Shown in pieces: positions 46,201 to 55,270 of a stretch of 64,000 nucleotides of DNA (positions are counted from its first letter, which is position 1; the number at the start of each line of letters is the position of its first letter). The position numbers and the translations under genes are program-made. Where the stretch lies: IMG/VR virus record IMGVR_UViG_3300042563_002299, positions 1 to 64,000 of that record; one strand, written 5' to 3'. This DNA is from a virus. The notes beneath the pieces are model-generated. The model did not search any database and was not told where the DNA came from. It worked only from the letters and a program-made list of their open reading frames with translations.

Positions 46201-48797
46201 CTTTCGTCAGCCCCCGAACTTTTATTAGCCGCCCATAAAAATGGTTGTGGAGCATGAAGTAAATATTGTTCGTTATCATATAATCTATTTGGATTAGTGG
46301 ATGAAAGTACATCATAACCAGAAATAACTCTAGTTAAATCCAAAGACGCCTGAACCGCTAAATCCGTAATAATATTATCATCGCCAATTTCAGAAGCAAA
46401 AGTTTTGTATGGTCCAATACCACCACATTGGAATGGATCACTATTTGGATCGTCGTCTGGTCCTGAAATATTAAGGTGTTGTATCTCATATGATCCTGCA
46501 GAGTTAACAGGTGCAATAATACTTAAAGACGGCACTAATGTTAGATCATAAAAACTACTTGACCCTCCTTGAGCGGAAGCTTCTATTTCATCATTAACAC
46601 TATTGAGGTCAAAATTATCATCCATTTCCGCAGTTTTACAATCACAATCACAACTCGTACAATCAGGATATGCAATCATAGGTAAAGATATTCTTGGGAA
46701 CCCTTTTACTTTAATTGCGGCAATAATAGTAAAGGCTAAAAATGCCGCGGCTAGTGCTACTTTAAATGCCGCTGCGGCTATTAAGAAAATACCAGCAAAT
46801 ATTAAACGAATACCCTCAAGTATCCACCCCACGTTAACGGTAACCCCAAGTCCAACTGAAATAACACCAGCACCCGCACTGATTAATTGTATACCACTCT
46901 GTATAGCATTAAACAACGAAACTGCCGCATCATAAGTTAAATAAAGACTTAAAACTATTAATACGTATTTGAGTATTGGCCATATGAATGAAATAAAGTG
47001 AGCAACAAATAGTAAAACTAAAAGTGGGAAAGTTAAAACGTTAATCAATATGTTAAACACAAAAAATATTGGGTCAAAGTTTCTAATTATATCATTTACA
47101 GGGAACGTATTTACCGTCGATTTACAAGATCTGTTATCAATTTCTTTTATCCCTAAATGTCTTGCCCTACCAATTCCATTCTTGTATCTATCCAAGAACA
47201 TTGCGGTCGTATAAACTTTATTATATTTAAACTCATAGAAAGTATCTTCACAATCGATCGCTTCTTGTGGGTTAACATAATCATCCCAATCTAAACTGAA
47301 CGCATATGACTTTAAAAGGTTGAATAGCGTTTCAGGGTAAACCTTGAATGTGAAATCTTGGGTAACGTTAGGGTTTACGGATGTACCGACTATTTGAATT
47401 GTGTCCCCGACATTAAATGGTATTGAATTTTGAGACCCCGTATATAGAACACCATTCAAATATATTTCATATGATGAATTATTAAGTGAAGTTTCAAATG
47501 AAATACCCGCATCAAAACCAAATGATTGTACTTCTGTTACACCTGTAACTAAACCTGGTTGAATTTGGTAAGTATAGGTTTGTGTCGCTTGATCAAATGG
47601 ATCATTACCTGATGTTGACCACCCGTATTCTTTAACGTTTGGTACTAAGAAATTGGCTCTTTGGAAACTATTCTGTAGTCCTTCCTCATTTTGCCACTTC
47701 ATTTTAAATCGGTACTTACCTTTTGTTGGTATACCTTTACTAGGATCATCGGACAATACTTGTTCTCCGAATTCATTTGTGAATACGTAATCCAAATTCA
47801 TTGGTACGTTAAGGACATATGTTCCATCAGGATCAATTACTTTACCCTCCTGTTCTACTTGATATACCTCTAATATCGGTAAACCTTGATCATCAGAATT
47901 AATTGTTTGTCGTATTGCTTGTATTTCACCAGGACCTGCAACCAACTCACATAAATTACCTGTATTGTTTTTTGGTTTACATCCAATCTTCAATGCATCG
48001 TCATTTGTTGTTGATATAATTGACCCCATAAATATGGAGGTTGGTTGGATACTGATATTCGCTTGTTTGGTCAAATCAAAATCAACTCGTGTAATACCAA
48101 CTTGACATAACTCTTGATCACCCCAAAAAGGAGCAACATCAACATCAAACACCAAATTTTTAATTTGTGGTAATTCTCTTAAGTTTGTTGATGATCTGAA
48201 GGTAGACCCGTTAACTTGTGTTTCAGTTGCTAACCCTTGTTGTATTAAATCTTGTGGTGATAAAGAAAAACAACCAATATCAGATAAATCGACATCCATT
48301 ACAATTGTTTGAGTTCCAGTGGGAACCCCAAAAATCATAAAGTCACCACTATCATTTGTTGTTACAGTAAATCTGTAGTATTTGTCGTAAACCTCAATAT
48401 ATGATTCATCCATTAACACATCTCCAACATTAGGAAATGTTCCTGTCGATTGGTGTCCTTTATATGATGGTAGTTTAGGTAATAAATTATACCTATAACC
48501 TTCTTCATTGGTATCGGTTATGGTTCTATAGGGATATAGTTCGGAAATTACAGGGTCAAATTCATCCGCATCATCCAATGGGATAAAAACCGATACTTTA
48601 GCATTTGGTAAACCAAATCCGTTATTAACAAAAACACGACCAACTACGACACCGTAATCCGCACACATTCTTGTGTATAAATCATTTGCAAGAATCTTTA
48701 AGGAAAGCACTTCCAAAGATTCCCAATCTTGTTCTAAATTGACATTAATATATTTGTCAACACCTACTTCGGTTCTTATTCTATATGATTTGGGCAT
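43215..48797 (-). CDS. 1860-aa putative baseplate-associated protein with prealbumin/carboxypeptidase-regulatory-like N-terminus and an internal multi-helix hydrophobic segment
   Basis: GVVVGRV..GLPNAKVS..TTNDSGDFMIFGVP; ~120-aa hydrophobic stretch; follows the gp6-like gene. Confidence 0.65.
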   Translation of the reverse strand: MPKSYRIRTEVGVDKYINVNLEQDWESLEVLSLKILANDLYTRMCADYGVVVGRVFVNNGFGLPNAKVSVFIPLDDADEFDPVISELYPYRTITDTNEEGYRYNLLPKLPSYKGHQSTGTFPNVGDVLMDESYIEVYDKYYRFTVTTNDSGDFMIFGVPTGTQTIVMDVDLSDIGCFSLSPQDLIQQGLATETQVNGSTFRSSTNLRELPQIKNLVFDVDVAPFWGDQELCQVGITRVDFDLTKQANISIQPTSIFMGSIISTTNDDALKIGCKPKNNTGNLCELVAGPGEIQAIRQTINSDDQGLPILEVYQVEQEGKVIDPDGTYVLNVPMNLDYVFTNEFGEQVLSDDPSKGIPTKGKYRFKMKWQNEEGLQNSFQRANFLVPNVKEYGWSTSGNDPFDQATQTYTYQIQPGLVTGVTEVQSFGFDAGISFETSLNNSSYEIYLNGVLYTGSQNSIPFNVGDTIQIVGTSVNPNVTQDFTFKVYPETLFNLLKSYAFSLDWDDYVNPQEAIDCEDTFYEFKYNKVYTTAMFLDRYKNGIGRARHLGIKEIDNRSCKSTVNTFPVNDIIRNFDPIFFVFNILINVLTFPLLVLLFVAHFISFIWPILKYVLIVLSLYLTYDAAVSLFNAIQSGIQLISAGAGVISVGLGVTVNVGWILEGIRLIFAGIFLIAAAAFKVALAAAFLAFTIIAAIKVKGFPRISLPMIAYPDCTSCDCDCKTAEMDDNFDLNSVNDEIEASAQGGSSSFYDLTLVPSLSIIAPVNSAGSYEIQHLNISGPDDDPNSDPFQCGGIGPYKTFASEIGDDNIITDLAVQASLDLTRVISGYDVLSSTNPNRLYDNEQYLLHAPQPFLWAANKSSGADERYFAYPTSKTFPQQLNDFNTRDKYFNTGGAYNQIQTTVNPSLNSQPFTDQVVVVLMSPGAIGQIGIGNVCSFQDPNYTDAQSSNRLLNLTGATLNQFNTNSITGTTLIGNSVPVLVQYANPANPQVNLSANIVLDLPQVSQLPVVGNPNLEEAYLQFATDIEYFQLITGLTVNEFIGIDQLTTGYYPNNYLRHDVTILTPDCPVGDPTAFSSWTVNNVVTLMQGWEGYEICIFVRGVDPFTPKQTIKYDVSKIFGFSSFGSVQIEGSYYLNRPIQGYSSFASGNKPVSHVSANNNVSNLYFPSFAFTPDTTKFTAFTSNLPYYYLCTDDTNVTNIGSYTPVFPTWQNTSQLTTGGNLYQVLGSSNYTIPQQQSAPTQYVGGNAFLAWNLDQLTFTKTIYTNSGGSCNQDCQKGQYYNTQSGWFNNVNVGGNLSVLYSPAYYRYGLTPVTFQSTNIVMRSDRLPTSTKIENGVQNRTGYALHQNNNFTAYNASGIQTEPTISAGVDLPTGDQQDEDSFVSGLTNTLTCEGMVPLECYSGSGSNVGVIPPDQCSIPVNRMVNGCYCLLNKTYLAQYGDDARLFLEWKVRFTMNFAACRGVFSQVFQNNWLNGSLYMFNFNKSTTFGPNLQPNYNYCEDVVVFNDLSNSFYYRSSPWNGNDFIGKNSPSISPFTPQSLKDFPGFGYNKKQIQFPTTVVDLGPRDSFINEICCSGIDGFGSYYADQLKATSYQDNSDLIQLGFLSRILNEGVRQRMIPVSTGGDSSEGKGIIQFFNSTRGGYRIDGDWAQMLSINSEWKVLPFISENVPSNNYIFFGDNYYPASYPSNADIKPVFGVFFQTPLQNLNYRKIESPGIQTYSNSPLIQEKFGYSKSQVVPHYKWSLKQSNPTMNIFGTEDNNWLTDNVYSGGFFSKKYQDLDFNTLQEKYITQTTKLGYISNYVNNVPDAQPSINSIIQGQPIGSNQQAVVVGAPYHFYFGLNNGKTAVDRFYKLYVATTD

Positions 48798-48873
48798 TAA
48801 AGATTTCGTTTTTTCATAAATAGTTTATTTCCTATTTTAAAAAAAATAATCTTATTCTTGGAAAAATAAATCG

Positions 48874-50715
48874 CTACGAGAAGTTTACCGCTTTTAAGTT
48901 CAATACCCTTACATTAATGTCCTTATTTGGGTATCTAATTTGGTAAGTTTGTGTTGGTGTTGCAAAGATAGTATCTGCCGTTGGTTGTATCTGTCTTGTT
49001 AAAGGATCCGCATATGGCATCGATGTTTGAGCCGATGAATATTGACCACCAACTTGATTAAAGAATAGAACATCAGAAATACTCACAATACCATTTTCGG
49101 ACTGTAGTATTCGTCTTAATTCAGAGATATTAACGTTTTGACCTAATTCTCTAACTAAGGGGTTAAAGAACTCTGACACCAACTGTATTACTTTGGCAAT
49201 AACCGCACCTTGATTTTGACTATTATCTAAAACAACATCAACCGTAACTGAAAGATCTATCGTTTCTGCTGCTTCTATTGAAATGTAGTCATTTATCATA
49301 CGATAATTTGATAGGTAATTTGCGACGTTTTGTTTTAATGTGTTTGAAACTACGTTCGTTAAACTACCACTTGTATCGTAAGATAACATTTTAATTTTTA
49401 TTTTATTATTCTCTTCAGTGATCGCAACTTTAGCAGGTGCACCAAATTGAGAAGGCATTGTTCTTATAATTGAGTTGTAGTCATTCACCGTAACCGCTCT
49501 ATTTTGAGCCGCGAAGTTAAATGCGACCATGTTTCTCACGTCTTCAGTTGTTGGTAGGTTAGCACCTCCAATAGCCGCAGTCACATTATTACATTGTAAA
49601 CTATTAATAACACTTCTGTTGACAGAATCTGATGGACCATTAACCGCAAATGATACAGTACCAATCTGGTTGATTGTATTTATACCTAAGTTACTTGATA
49701 ATCCACCACCAATCCTATATTGAACGAATAGAGTTGTGTTTGGTGTCAAAGCAGCACCCATAGCAAAGTTATTAGTATATCTACTTAAATCAAAACCTTT
49801 ACCGTCACGGGCAAATTCTCTTAATTGTTGTTCTGCGGATATATTACCACCACCAAAGGTCATTTTACAGAAACCTTCAGGTGTATACTCACTAATAAAT
49901 TTGTTTGATGTTGTTATATATCTACCTACTTTAATACCAGGTTGATCAGATACTTTAGTAGGGTCTTCAATGAAAACTCTATCTTGTACCAAAGCATCCA
50001 CCTCAAACCATCTCTCAGGACCTACGGTGATAAAATCTTGTGGTTGTGGTATTGTTGAGTATTGTGTTCCCGATTTAAGTAAAACACTTGTAATACCCAA
50101 AACATTTTTTTCAGGTAAGAATAATTCTAAATAAGGTCTAGCGTCGTTAGCGGTAATTACTCTCTTATAAACTTTTGTAATACCATTAACAACAACTTCT
50201 CGTTTAAGAATCGTATAATTAATAAGTTTACCACTTGAGTCAAAGTTTGGTATTTTAACTCGGTTTGGTGAACCCTCAGCATTTATTGGTGAAGCAAAAT
50301 CAATATCATACACTGTTTCAAAAGGTTGTCCAGCACCATTAACTTGAGATCCTCGTCTTAAGACACCACAATATCTTAAATCTTCCCTATCTCCAAAAGC
50401 AGGTACTGTAATTGAAAAATCAACTAAGGCAACTGACGGTCTTTGACCCGGTACTTTTAAACCATAAGTTCTTGCAATATTATAAACGGAGTTCTTTTGT
50501 TGAGCAAACTGTAATACAGTTTCTTGGATGCTTCTATCTATTTGAAAGTTAAGGTTATCCGTAACCGCCGCATTCAAATCTAACATAACAGAGAAAATAC
50601 CCGCATCGTTAAAATTTTGAACGAGATCAGGGTAATACGTTCTAGTGAAGTTAATTAACTCAGTTCTTACTCCTTGAAAATCTCGGACTGTATAAGATAT
50701 ATTCTTTTCTGCCAT
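48874..50715 (-). CDS. baseplate wedge subunit (T4 gp6 / baseplate J-like)
   Basis: RDFQGVRTEL, NFND, ARTYG, FGGG, YRIGGG, AQNRAVTVNDY. Confidence 0.88.
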   Translation of the reverse strand: MAEKNISYTVRDFQGVRTELINFTRTYYPDLVQNFNDAGIFSVMLDLNAAVTDNLNFQIDRSIQETVLQFAQQKNSVYNIARTYGLKVPGQRPSVALVDFSITVPAFGDREDLRYCGVLRRGSQVNGAGQPFETVYDIDFASPINAEGSPNRVKIPNFDSSGKLINYTILKREVVVNGITKVYKRVITANDARPYLELFLPEKNVLGITSVLLKSGTQYSTIPQPQDFITVGPERWFEVDALVQDRVFIEDPTKVSDQPGIKVGRYITTSNKFISEYTPEGFCKMTFGGGNISAEQQLREFARDGKGFDLSRYTNNFAMGAALTPNTTLFVQYRIGGGLSSNLGINTINQIGTVSFAVNGPSDSVNRSVINSLQCNNVTAAIGGANLPTTEDVRNMVAFNFAAQNRAVTVNDYNSIIRTMPSQFGAPAKVAITEENNKIKIKMLSYDTSGSLTNVVSNTLKQNVANYLSNYRMINDYISIEAAETIDLSVTVDVVLDNSQNQGAVIAKVIQLVSEFFNPLVRELGQNVNISELRRILQSENGIVSISDVLFFNQVGGQYSSAQTSMPYADPLTRQIQPTADTIFATPTQTYQIRYPNKDINVRVLNLKAVNFS

Positions 50716-50721
50716 ATACTA

Positions 50722-51180
50722 TTAAATATTGATAATGATAAAATCGCTAGATTCAAAAGCAGAATCCGTTATTCTGTAATCTATTTTAATTCTTGCTGTG
50801 TGTTCTAATTCTGCAATGTTGGTAACTTTAAATTCTCGTTCACCATCTTGATTTACCGTGAATCCTTTATCTTCTAATCCCGCAGATGCCGGTTCAACAG
50901 TGATATTGGTTACCTGTAGGTTTGGCATGTAGTTACCAATTGTATCTCTAATTTCAGATTCAATATCCGAAAACGTTGGTCCATCTAAAGGTTCAAAAAT
51001 ATACTCATAAAGACGAGTACCAAAATTGGGTAAGAAATACCTTGACCCTTTTCTTGTTAAAAGTAAGTGAACTAAGTCAGATCTAATTTCAGCTTCGGTA
51101 GAATTTGTCACATCCAAATATCTACCTGTAAATGAATCCACAAAAGGAAAAGAAATACCGTATGTAATGCCATTTGCCAT
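50722..51180 (-). CDS. baseplate wedge / sheath initiator (gp25-like)
   Basis: GISFPF, IRSDLVHLLLTRKGSRYFLPNFGTRLYEYIFEP. Confidence 0.9.
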   Translation of the reverse strand: MANGITYGISFPFVDSFTGRYLDVTNSTEAEIRSDLVHLLLTRKGSRYFLPNFGTRLYEYIFEPLDGPTFSDIESEIRDTIGNYMPNLQVTNITVEPASAGLEDKGFTVNQDGEREFKVTNIAELEHTARIKIDYRITDSAFESSDFIIINI

Positions 51181-51194
51181 ATCTAATAAATATA

Positions 51195-51280
51195 TGTCGT
51201 GATTATTTCTAATAAATAGATATAAAATAAAAATCCCGACAATGTGTCGGGATTAATGTCGTGATTAATGTCGCAATTAA
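51195..51280. repeat. TGTCG(T/G/C)(G/A)ATTA(A) repeats: one isolated, three tandem 12-mers
   Basis: 51195-51205, 51245-51256, 51257-51268, 51269-51280. Confidence 0.8.
51226..51254 (-). terminator. intrinsic terminator after 51286..51792
   Basis: AATCCCGACA-ATG-TGTCGGGATT with U-run on the minus strand. Confidence 0.7.
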
Positions 51281-51285
51281 TCTTA

Positions 51286-51792
51286 TTAAGCCTCTTCTGT
51301 TTCGTTATCGGGATCCAATACTTTAGCAAGTCCTAATAATAAACCTGTCACACCCCAACTAATCGCAAGTCCTGCAGGAAATCCTGTCATTGACGCGATT
51401 AAGATAGCCGCGGGTACTCCACCCCAATTTCCGATATTTGCCGCTCCAATGTCTCTCATGATTCTACCTAATTTTTCTTTAGGTGTTTCATTTTCTTCTT
51501 CTTCACTCATTTCACCATCCATAGCTTCACTCGCAAGATCTTTAACCGCATCATGAGCATCTTTTGCCGATGAATACTGATCAATACCCAAATTATCTAA
51601 AACGTTTTTGATTTGATTTTTTTCACGATCAGATAGATTTGATACAATATCTTCTAATTTCATTTGAACTTTAGATGAGTCAACAATTCTTTCTACTTTT
51701 TTAGATGCCATGGAATCCTCAGCATCTTCTTTTATAATTCGTTTAACAATATTTGCTAAATCATTTTCATTAAGTCGTACTATTTTTTTCAT
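51286..51792 (-). CDS. hypothetical protein with RLNENDL..IVKRIIKE N-terminal motif and C-terminal hydrophobic hairpin
   Basis: 168 aa; TATAAATA at 51806-51813. Confidence 0.75.
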   Translation of the reverse strand: MKKIVRLNENDLANIVKRIIKEDAEDSMASKKVERIVDSSKVQMKLEDIVSNLSDREKNQIKNVLDNLGIDQYSSAKDAHDAVKDLASEAMDGEMSEEEENETPKEKLGRIMRDIGAANIGNWGGVPAAILIASMTGFPAGLAISWGVTGLLLGLAKVLDPDNETEEA

Positions 51793-51821
51793 GGTAATTT
51801 TTATTTATAAATATCTCATAT

Positions 51822-51851
51822 AAAAAAAAATCACGACCGAAATCGTGATTT
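51822..51851 (-). terminator. intrinsic terminator after nrdA
   Basis: AAATCACGA-CCGAAA-TCGTGATTT with U-run on the minus strand. Confidence 0.7.
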
Positions 51852-51860
51852 ATTGTTTTT

Positions 51861-54290
51861 TTAGGAAGAACATCCAAAACATTCAAAATCTGAATTTTCA
51901 GGTTTTGACGGTAAATTTAGATTACTATATTCAACTTTCGGTGGTTCAGGTGTTGCTTTTGGTTTTTGTTTTTTTGAAATGTCCATTGCCAAATGTTTTG
52001 CTCCTGTTGAAATCGCTTTGGTTCTCACATAATAACAAAGTGTTTTCAATCCACTTTCCCAAGAGTGGAAGTGTGATGAGGTAATCTTTGATAATGTTGG
52101 ATTAGACATATAGATGTTCATTGATTGTGATTGATCAATGAATGGTGCTCTATCTGCCGCCATATCAATAAGTTGTTTTTGTGATATCTCCCAAATTGTT
52201 TTGTATTTAGGAATCAAATGTTCAATTCGTTTAACTTTCTTATTGTAATTTTTATCTTCAGGATCTAAGTAGTTATTGAAATTAATGTTCTGAATTGATC
52301 CTTCATTCATAATAATTTCATTCTTCAAATCCTCAGACCATATACCTATTTTTTCAAAGTCCGTGATTAAATATTTGTTCACAATCATAATCTCACCACC
52401 AACAACTCGTCTGTTAAAGATTGCTGAGTGTGCCGGTTCTGTCATTTCATAAGATCCTGTGATCTTCGCTGAAGACGCAACTGGCATTTGTGCTGTGAAT
52501 AATGAGTTACAAACACCATACGATTTAACACTTTCTTTCAATTTGTCCCAATCCCACATTCCTGATAGTTGTGTCTCATCAATATTCCACATATCAAATT
52601 GGAATACTCCTTGAGACATTGGTGACCCCTTGAAGAATTTGTATTGTTCGTATTTTCCATTCATACACAACTGATTACTTTCGTAGATCGATGCGTAATA
52701 GATTGTTTCAAAAATGTCTCTATTTAATTTTTTTGCTTCATCAGACGTGAAGATATAATCCATTAAATAAAATACATCTGCTAAACCTTGTGTTCCAATA
52801 GCAATTGCTCTTTGTTCTAAACCACCTTTTCTACCTTTTTCAGTTGAGTAGTTGTTAATATCCACAACTTTATTGAGTGATCTTACAACTTTTCTAACCT
52901 CATTAAATAAAAGTTCAAAATCAAACTTTCCTGACTTAATAAAGTTTTTCAATACCATAGATGATAAGGTACAGATTGCGGTCGTTTCTTCATCAGTATA
53001 CTGATAGATCTCATTACAAAGATTTGATTGTTTAATCACACCGATGTTTTGGTGATTAGTTTTCTTATTCGCATTATCTTTAGAACATAAGTAAGGAACA
53101 CCAGTTTCAACTTGTGATTCAATAACTTTAGTCCAAATGTCTTGAGCCTTAACTTTTTTACCAAGACCCATAGAGACCGCTTTGTTATAAACTTCCTCAT
53201 ATTCGTCACCAAAACACTCTTGTAATGGTTTTAATCCTGATTTCTCAATATCGTTAGGACAGAATAAATACCAATCACCATTTTCTTTAACTGACCTCAT
53301 AAAGTTGTCAGGTATCCAAAGTGCGGTAAATAAATCACGAGCTCTCAATTCTTCAGCACCTGTATTCTTTTTAATGTCTAACAAATCAAAGATATCTTTA
53401 TGCCAAGGCTCAATATAGATTGCTGCTGAACCTGGTCTACGACCTTGTTGATTAAAGAATCTAAGTGATTCATTAACAATCTTAAGGTATTTTAACAAAC
53501 CACCAGCATATCCACCTGAACTAGAAATTCTACTTTCTTTACTACGAATGTTAGACATTGATAGTCCAATACCAGCGGCATCAGATGAGAACGTAGATAT
53601 ATCAGTCAATGTATCTAACAAACCTTTTCTTGAGTCAGAATCATTATAATGAAGTACACAAGACGCTAATTGAGGAACTCTAGTTCCTGAATTAATCATA
53701 ATAGGTGTTGCCTTTGAAATTAATTGTTCTGATAAAGATCTATAGTATTCAAATGCATCGGTGATGTTTGATGTAACCCATAATGCAACTCTCATATACA
53801 TATGTTGTGGTCTTTCAATAACTTTACCATTTGGTCGTTTCAATAGGTACATTTCCTGTAATGATCTCCAAGCGAAGTAATCAAAGTTGTAATCATTTTC
53901 GTGATTAATAACCGCATCGATAGTATCTTCACCATACTCTTTAATGGTCTCAATAAGTTTTTCATTAATAATCCCATCCTCATAAAGTTGCATCATAGTT
54001 TGTGAAAAACTATCATTTGTTTCTTTATGGTATGAAGAAATTGCAACAGACGAAGCCAATCTTGAGTAATCGTGATGACTACCGGTGTAAGATGCCGCGA
54101 TCTCATAAACTAACTTATCAAGTTCTTTTGTGGTTACTTCACCTTCAGTTGGCACTGATGTGATAACCTTAATAAAAATCTCGTCTGAGTTTACATTCAA
54201 ACCTTTTGACGATCGTTTTACTCTGTTGTAAATTTTTTGTGGGTTAAATGAGACTACCTCACCACCTCTTTTAATTATTTTTAATGACAT
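51861..54290 (-). CDS. nrdA: ribonucleotide reductase class Ia alpha subunit with ATP cone
   Basis: IKRGG ATP cone, QLASC, SNLCNE, MPVASS, KTLCYY, C-terminal CFGC. Confidence 0.96.
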   Translation of the reverse strand: MSLKIIKRGGEVVSFNPQKIYNRVKRSSKGLNVNSDEIFIKVITSVPTEGEVTTKELDKLVYEIAASYTGSHHDYSRLASSVAISSYHKETNDSFSQTMMQLYEDGIINEKLIETIKEYGEDTIDAVINHENDYNFDYFAWRSLQEMYLLKRPNGKVIERPQHMYMRVALWVTSNITDAFEYYRSLSEQLISKATPIMINSGTRVPQLASCVLHYNDSDSRKGLLDTLTDISTFSSDAAGIGLSMSNIRSKESRISSSGGYAGGLLKYLKIVNESLRFFNQQGRRPGSAAIYIEPWHKDIFDLLDIKKNTGAEELRARDLFTALWIPDNFMRSVKENGDWYLFCPNDIEKSGLKPLQECFGDEYEEVYNKAVSMGLGKKVKAQDIWTKVIESQVETGVPYLCSKDNANKKTNHQNIGVIKQSNLCNEIYQYTDEETTAICTLSSMVLKNFIKSGKFDFELLFNEVRKVVRSLNKVVDINNYSTEKGRKGGLEQRAIAIGTQGLADVFYLMDYIFTSDEAKKLNRDIFETIYYASIYESNQLCMNGKYEQYKFFKGSPMSQGVFQFDMWNIDETQLSGMWDWDKLKESVKSYGVCNSLFTAQMPVASSAKITGSYEMTEPAHSAIFNRRVVGGEIMIVNKYLITDFEKIGIWSEDLKNEIIMNEGSIQNINFNNYLDPEDKNYNKKVKRIEHLIPKYKTIWEISQKQLIDMAADRAPFIDQSQSMNIYMSNPTLSKITSSHFHSWESGLKTLCYYVRTKAISTGAKHLAMDISKKQKPKATPEPPKVEYSNLNLPSKPENSDFECFGCSS

Positions 54291-54300
54291 GTTATAAAAT

Positions 54301-55248
54301 TTAAAAATCGTCTGTGAATGCTATAGTTTCGTTTAATTTCGCTTTTTGATATTCCATTGTTCTTGATTCAAAGAAGTTACCTTTAGTTTCAACCGCAATT
54401 TGTTCCATGAACTTGAATGGTTGTTCTACGTTAAATTCTTTACTACAACCCATTTTAACCAGTAATCCATCAACAACAAACTCAAGATATTGTTTCATTA
54501 AGTTTGAGTTCATACCGATCAAAGAAACAGGAAGTGATTCAGTAATAAACTCTTTTTCAATCTCAAGAGCCGACAACACAATTTCTTTAATTCGTTTATC
54601 AGAAGGTTTATCCTCTAAATGATTATTCAATAAATGAATTGCAAAATCACAATGTAAGTTCTCATCTTTAAAGATAAGTGTGTTAGCGTTACATAAACCT
54701 TGCATTATTCCTCTTGATTTCATCCAGAAAATAGAACAGAATGAACCTGAGAAAAAGATACCTTCAACCGCAGCAAACGCAACTAATCTTTCAGCGAATG
54801 ATGCGTTGTCAATCCATTCTAATGCCCACTTCGCTTTTTTCTGTACAGCCGGTAATCTATCAATTGCATTGAAACATTCATCTTTTTCTTTCGGATTTGA
54901 GATGTACGTATCAATTAATAGTGAATACATAAGTGAGTGGATGTTTTCCATCGCCAATTGGATTCCATAAAAGAACTTCGCCTCAGGGTATTGTACTTCT
55001 CGGTAGAAGTTTTCTGCCAAGTTTTCGTTCACAATTCCGTCCGATGCTGCGAAGAATGATAATACGTTTTTAATAAAGTATTTCTCATTTTCTGTTAATG
55101 TTTCCCAATCTCTGATGTCATTTGTTAAATCCACCTCTTCTGCCGTCCAAAAAGCCGCTTGGTGTTGTTTGTAATATTCCCATATATCATTGTGTTCAAT
55201 AGGGAATATGACGAACCGACCAGGATTTTCTACTAGTATTTTTTCCAT
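54301..55248 (-). CDS. nrdB: ribonucleotide reductase class Ia beta subunit
   Basis: [42 protein letters not shown]. Confidence 0.96.
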   Translation of the reverse strand: MEKILVENPGRFVIFPIEHNDIWEYYKQHQAAFWTAEEVDLTNDIRDWETLTENEKYFIKNVLSFFAASDGIVNENLAENFYREVQYPEAKFFYGIQLAMENIHSLMYSLLIDTYISNPKEKDECFNAIDRLPAVQKKAKWALEWIDNASFAERLVAFAAVEGIFFSGSFCSIFWMKSRGIMQGLCNANTLIFKDENLHCDFAIHLLNNHLEDKPSDKRIKEIVLSALEIEKEFITESLPVSLIGMNSNLMKQYLEFVVDGLLVKMGCSKEFNVEQPFKFMEQIAVETKGNFFESRTMEYQKAKLNETIAFTDDF

Positions 55249-55270
55249 TTATTCTAAATTTTTTTATTTG

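Noticed and set aside
51195-51280. CRISPR or other guide-RNA array
   Set aside because: Units are 12 bp and abut without spacers; no cas genes or repeat-spacer array were seen in the window.
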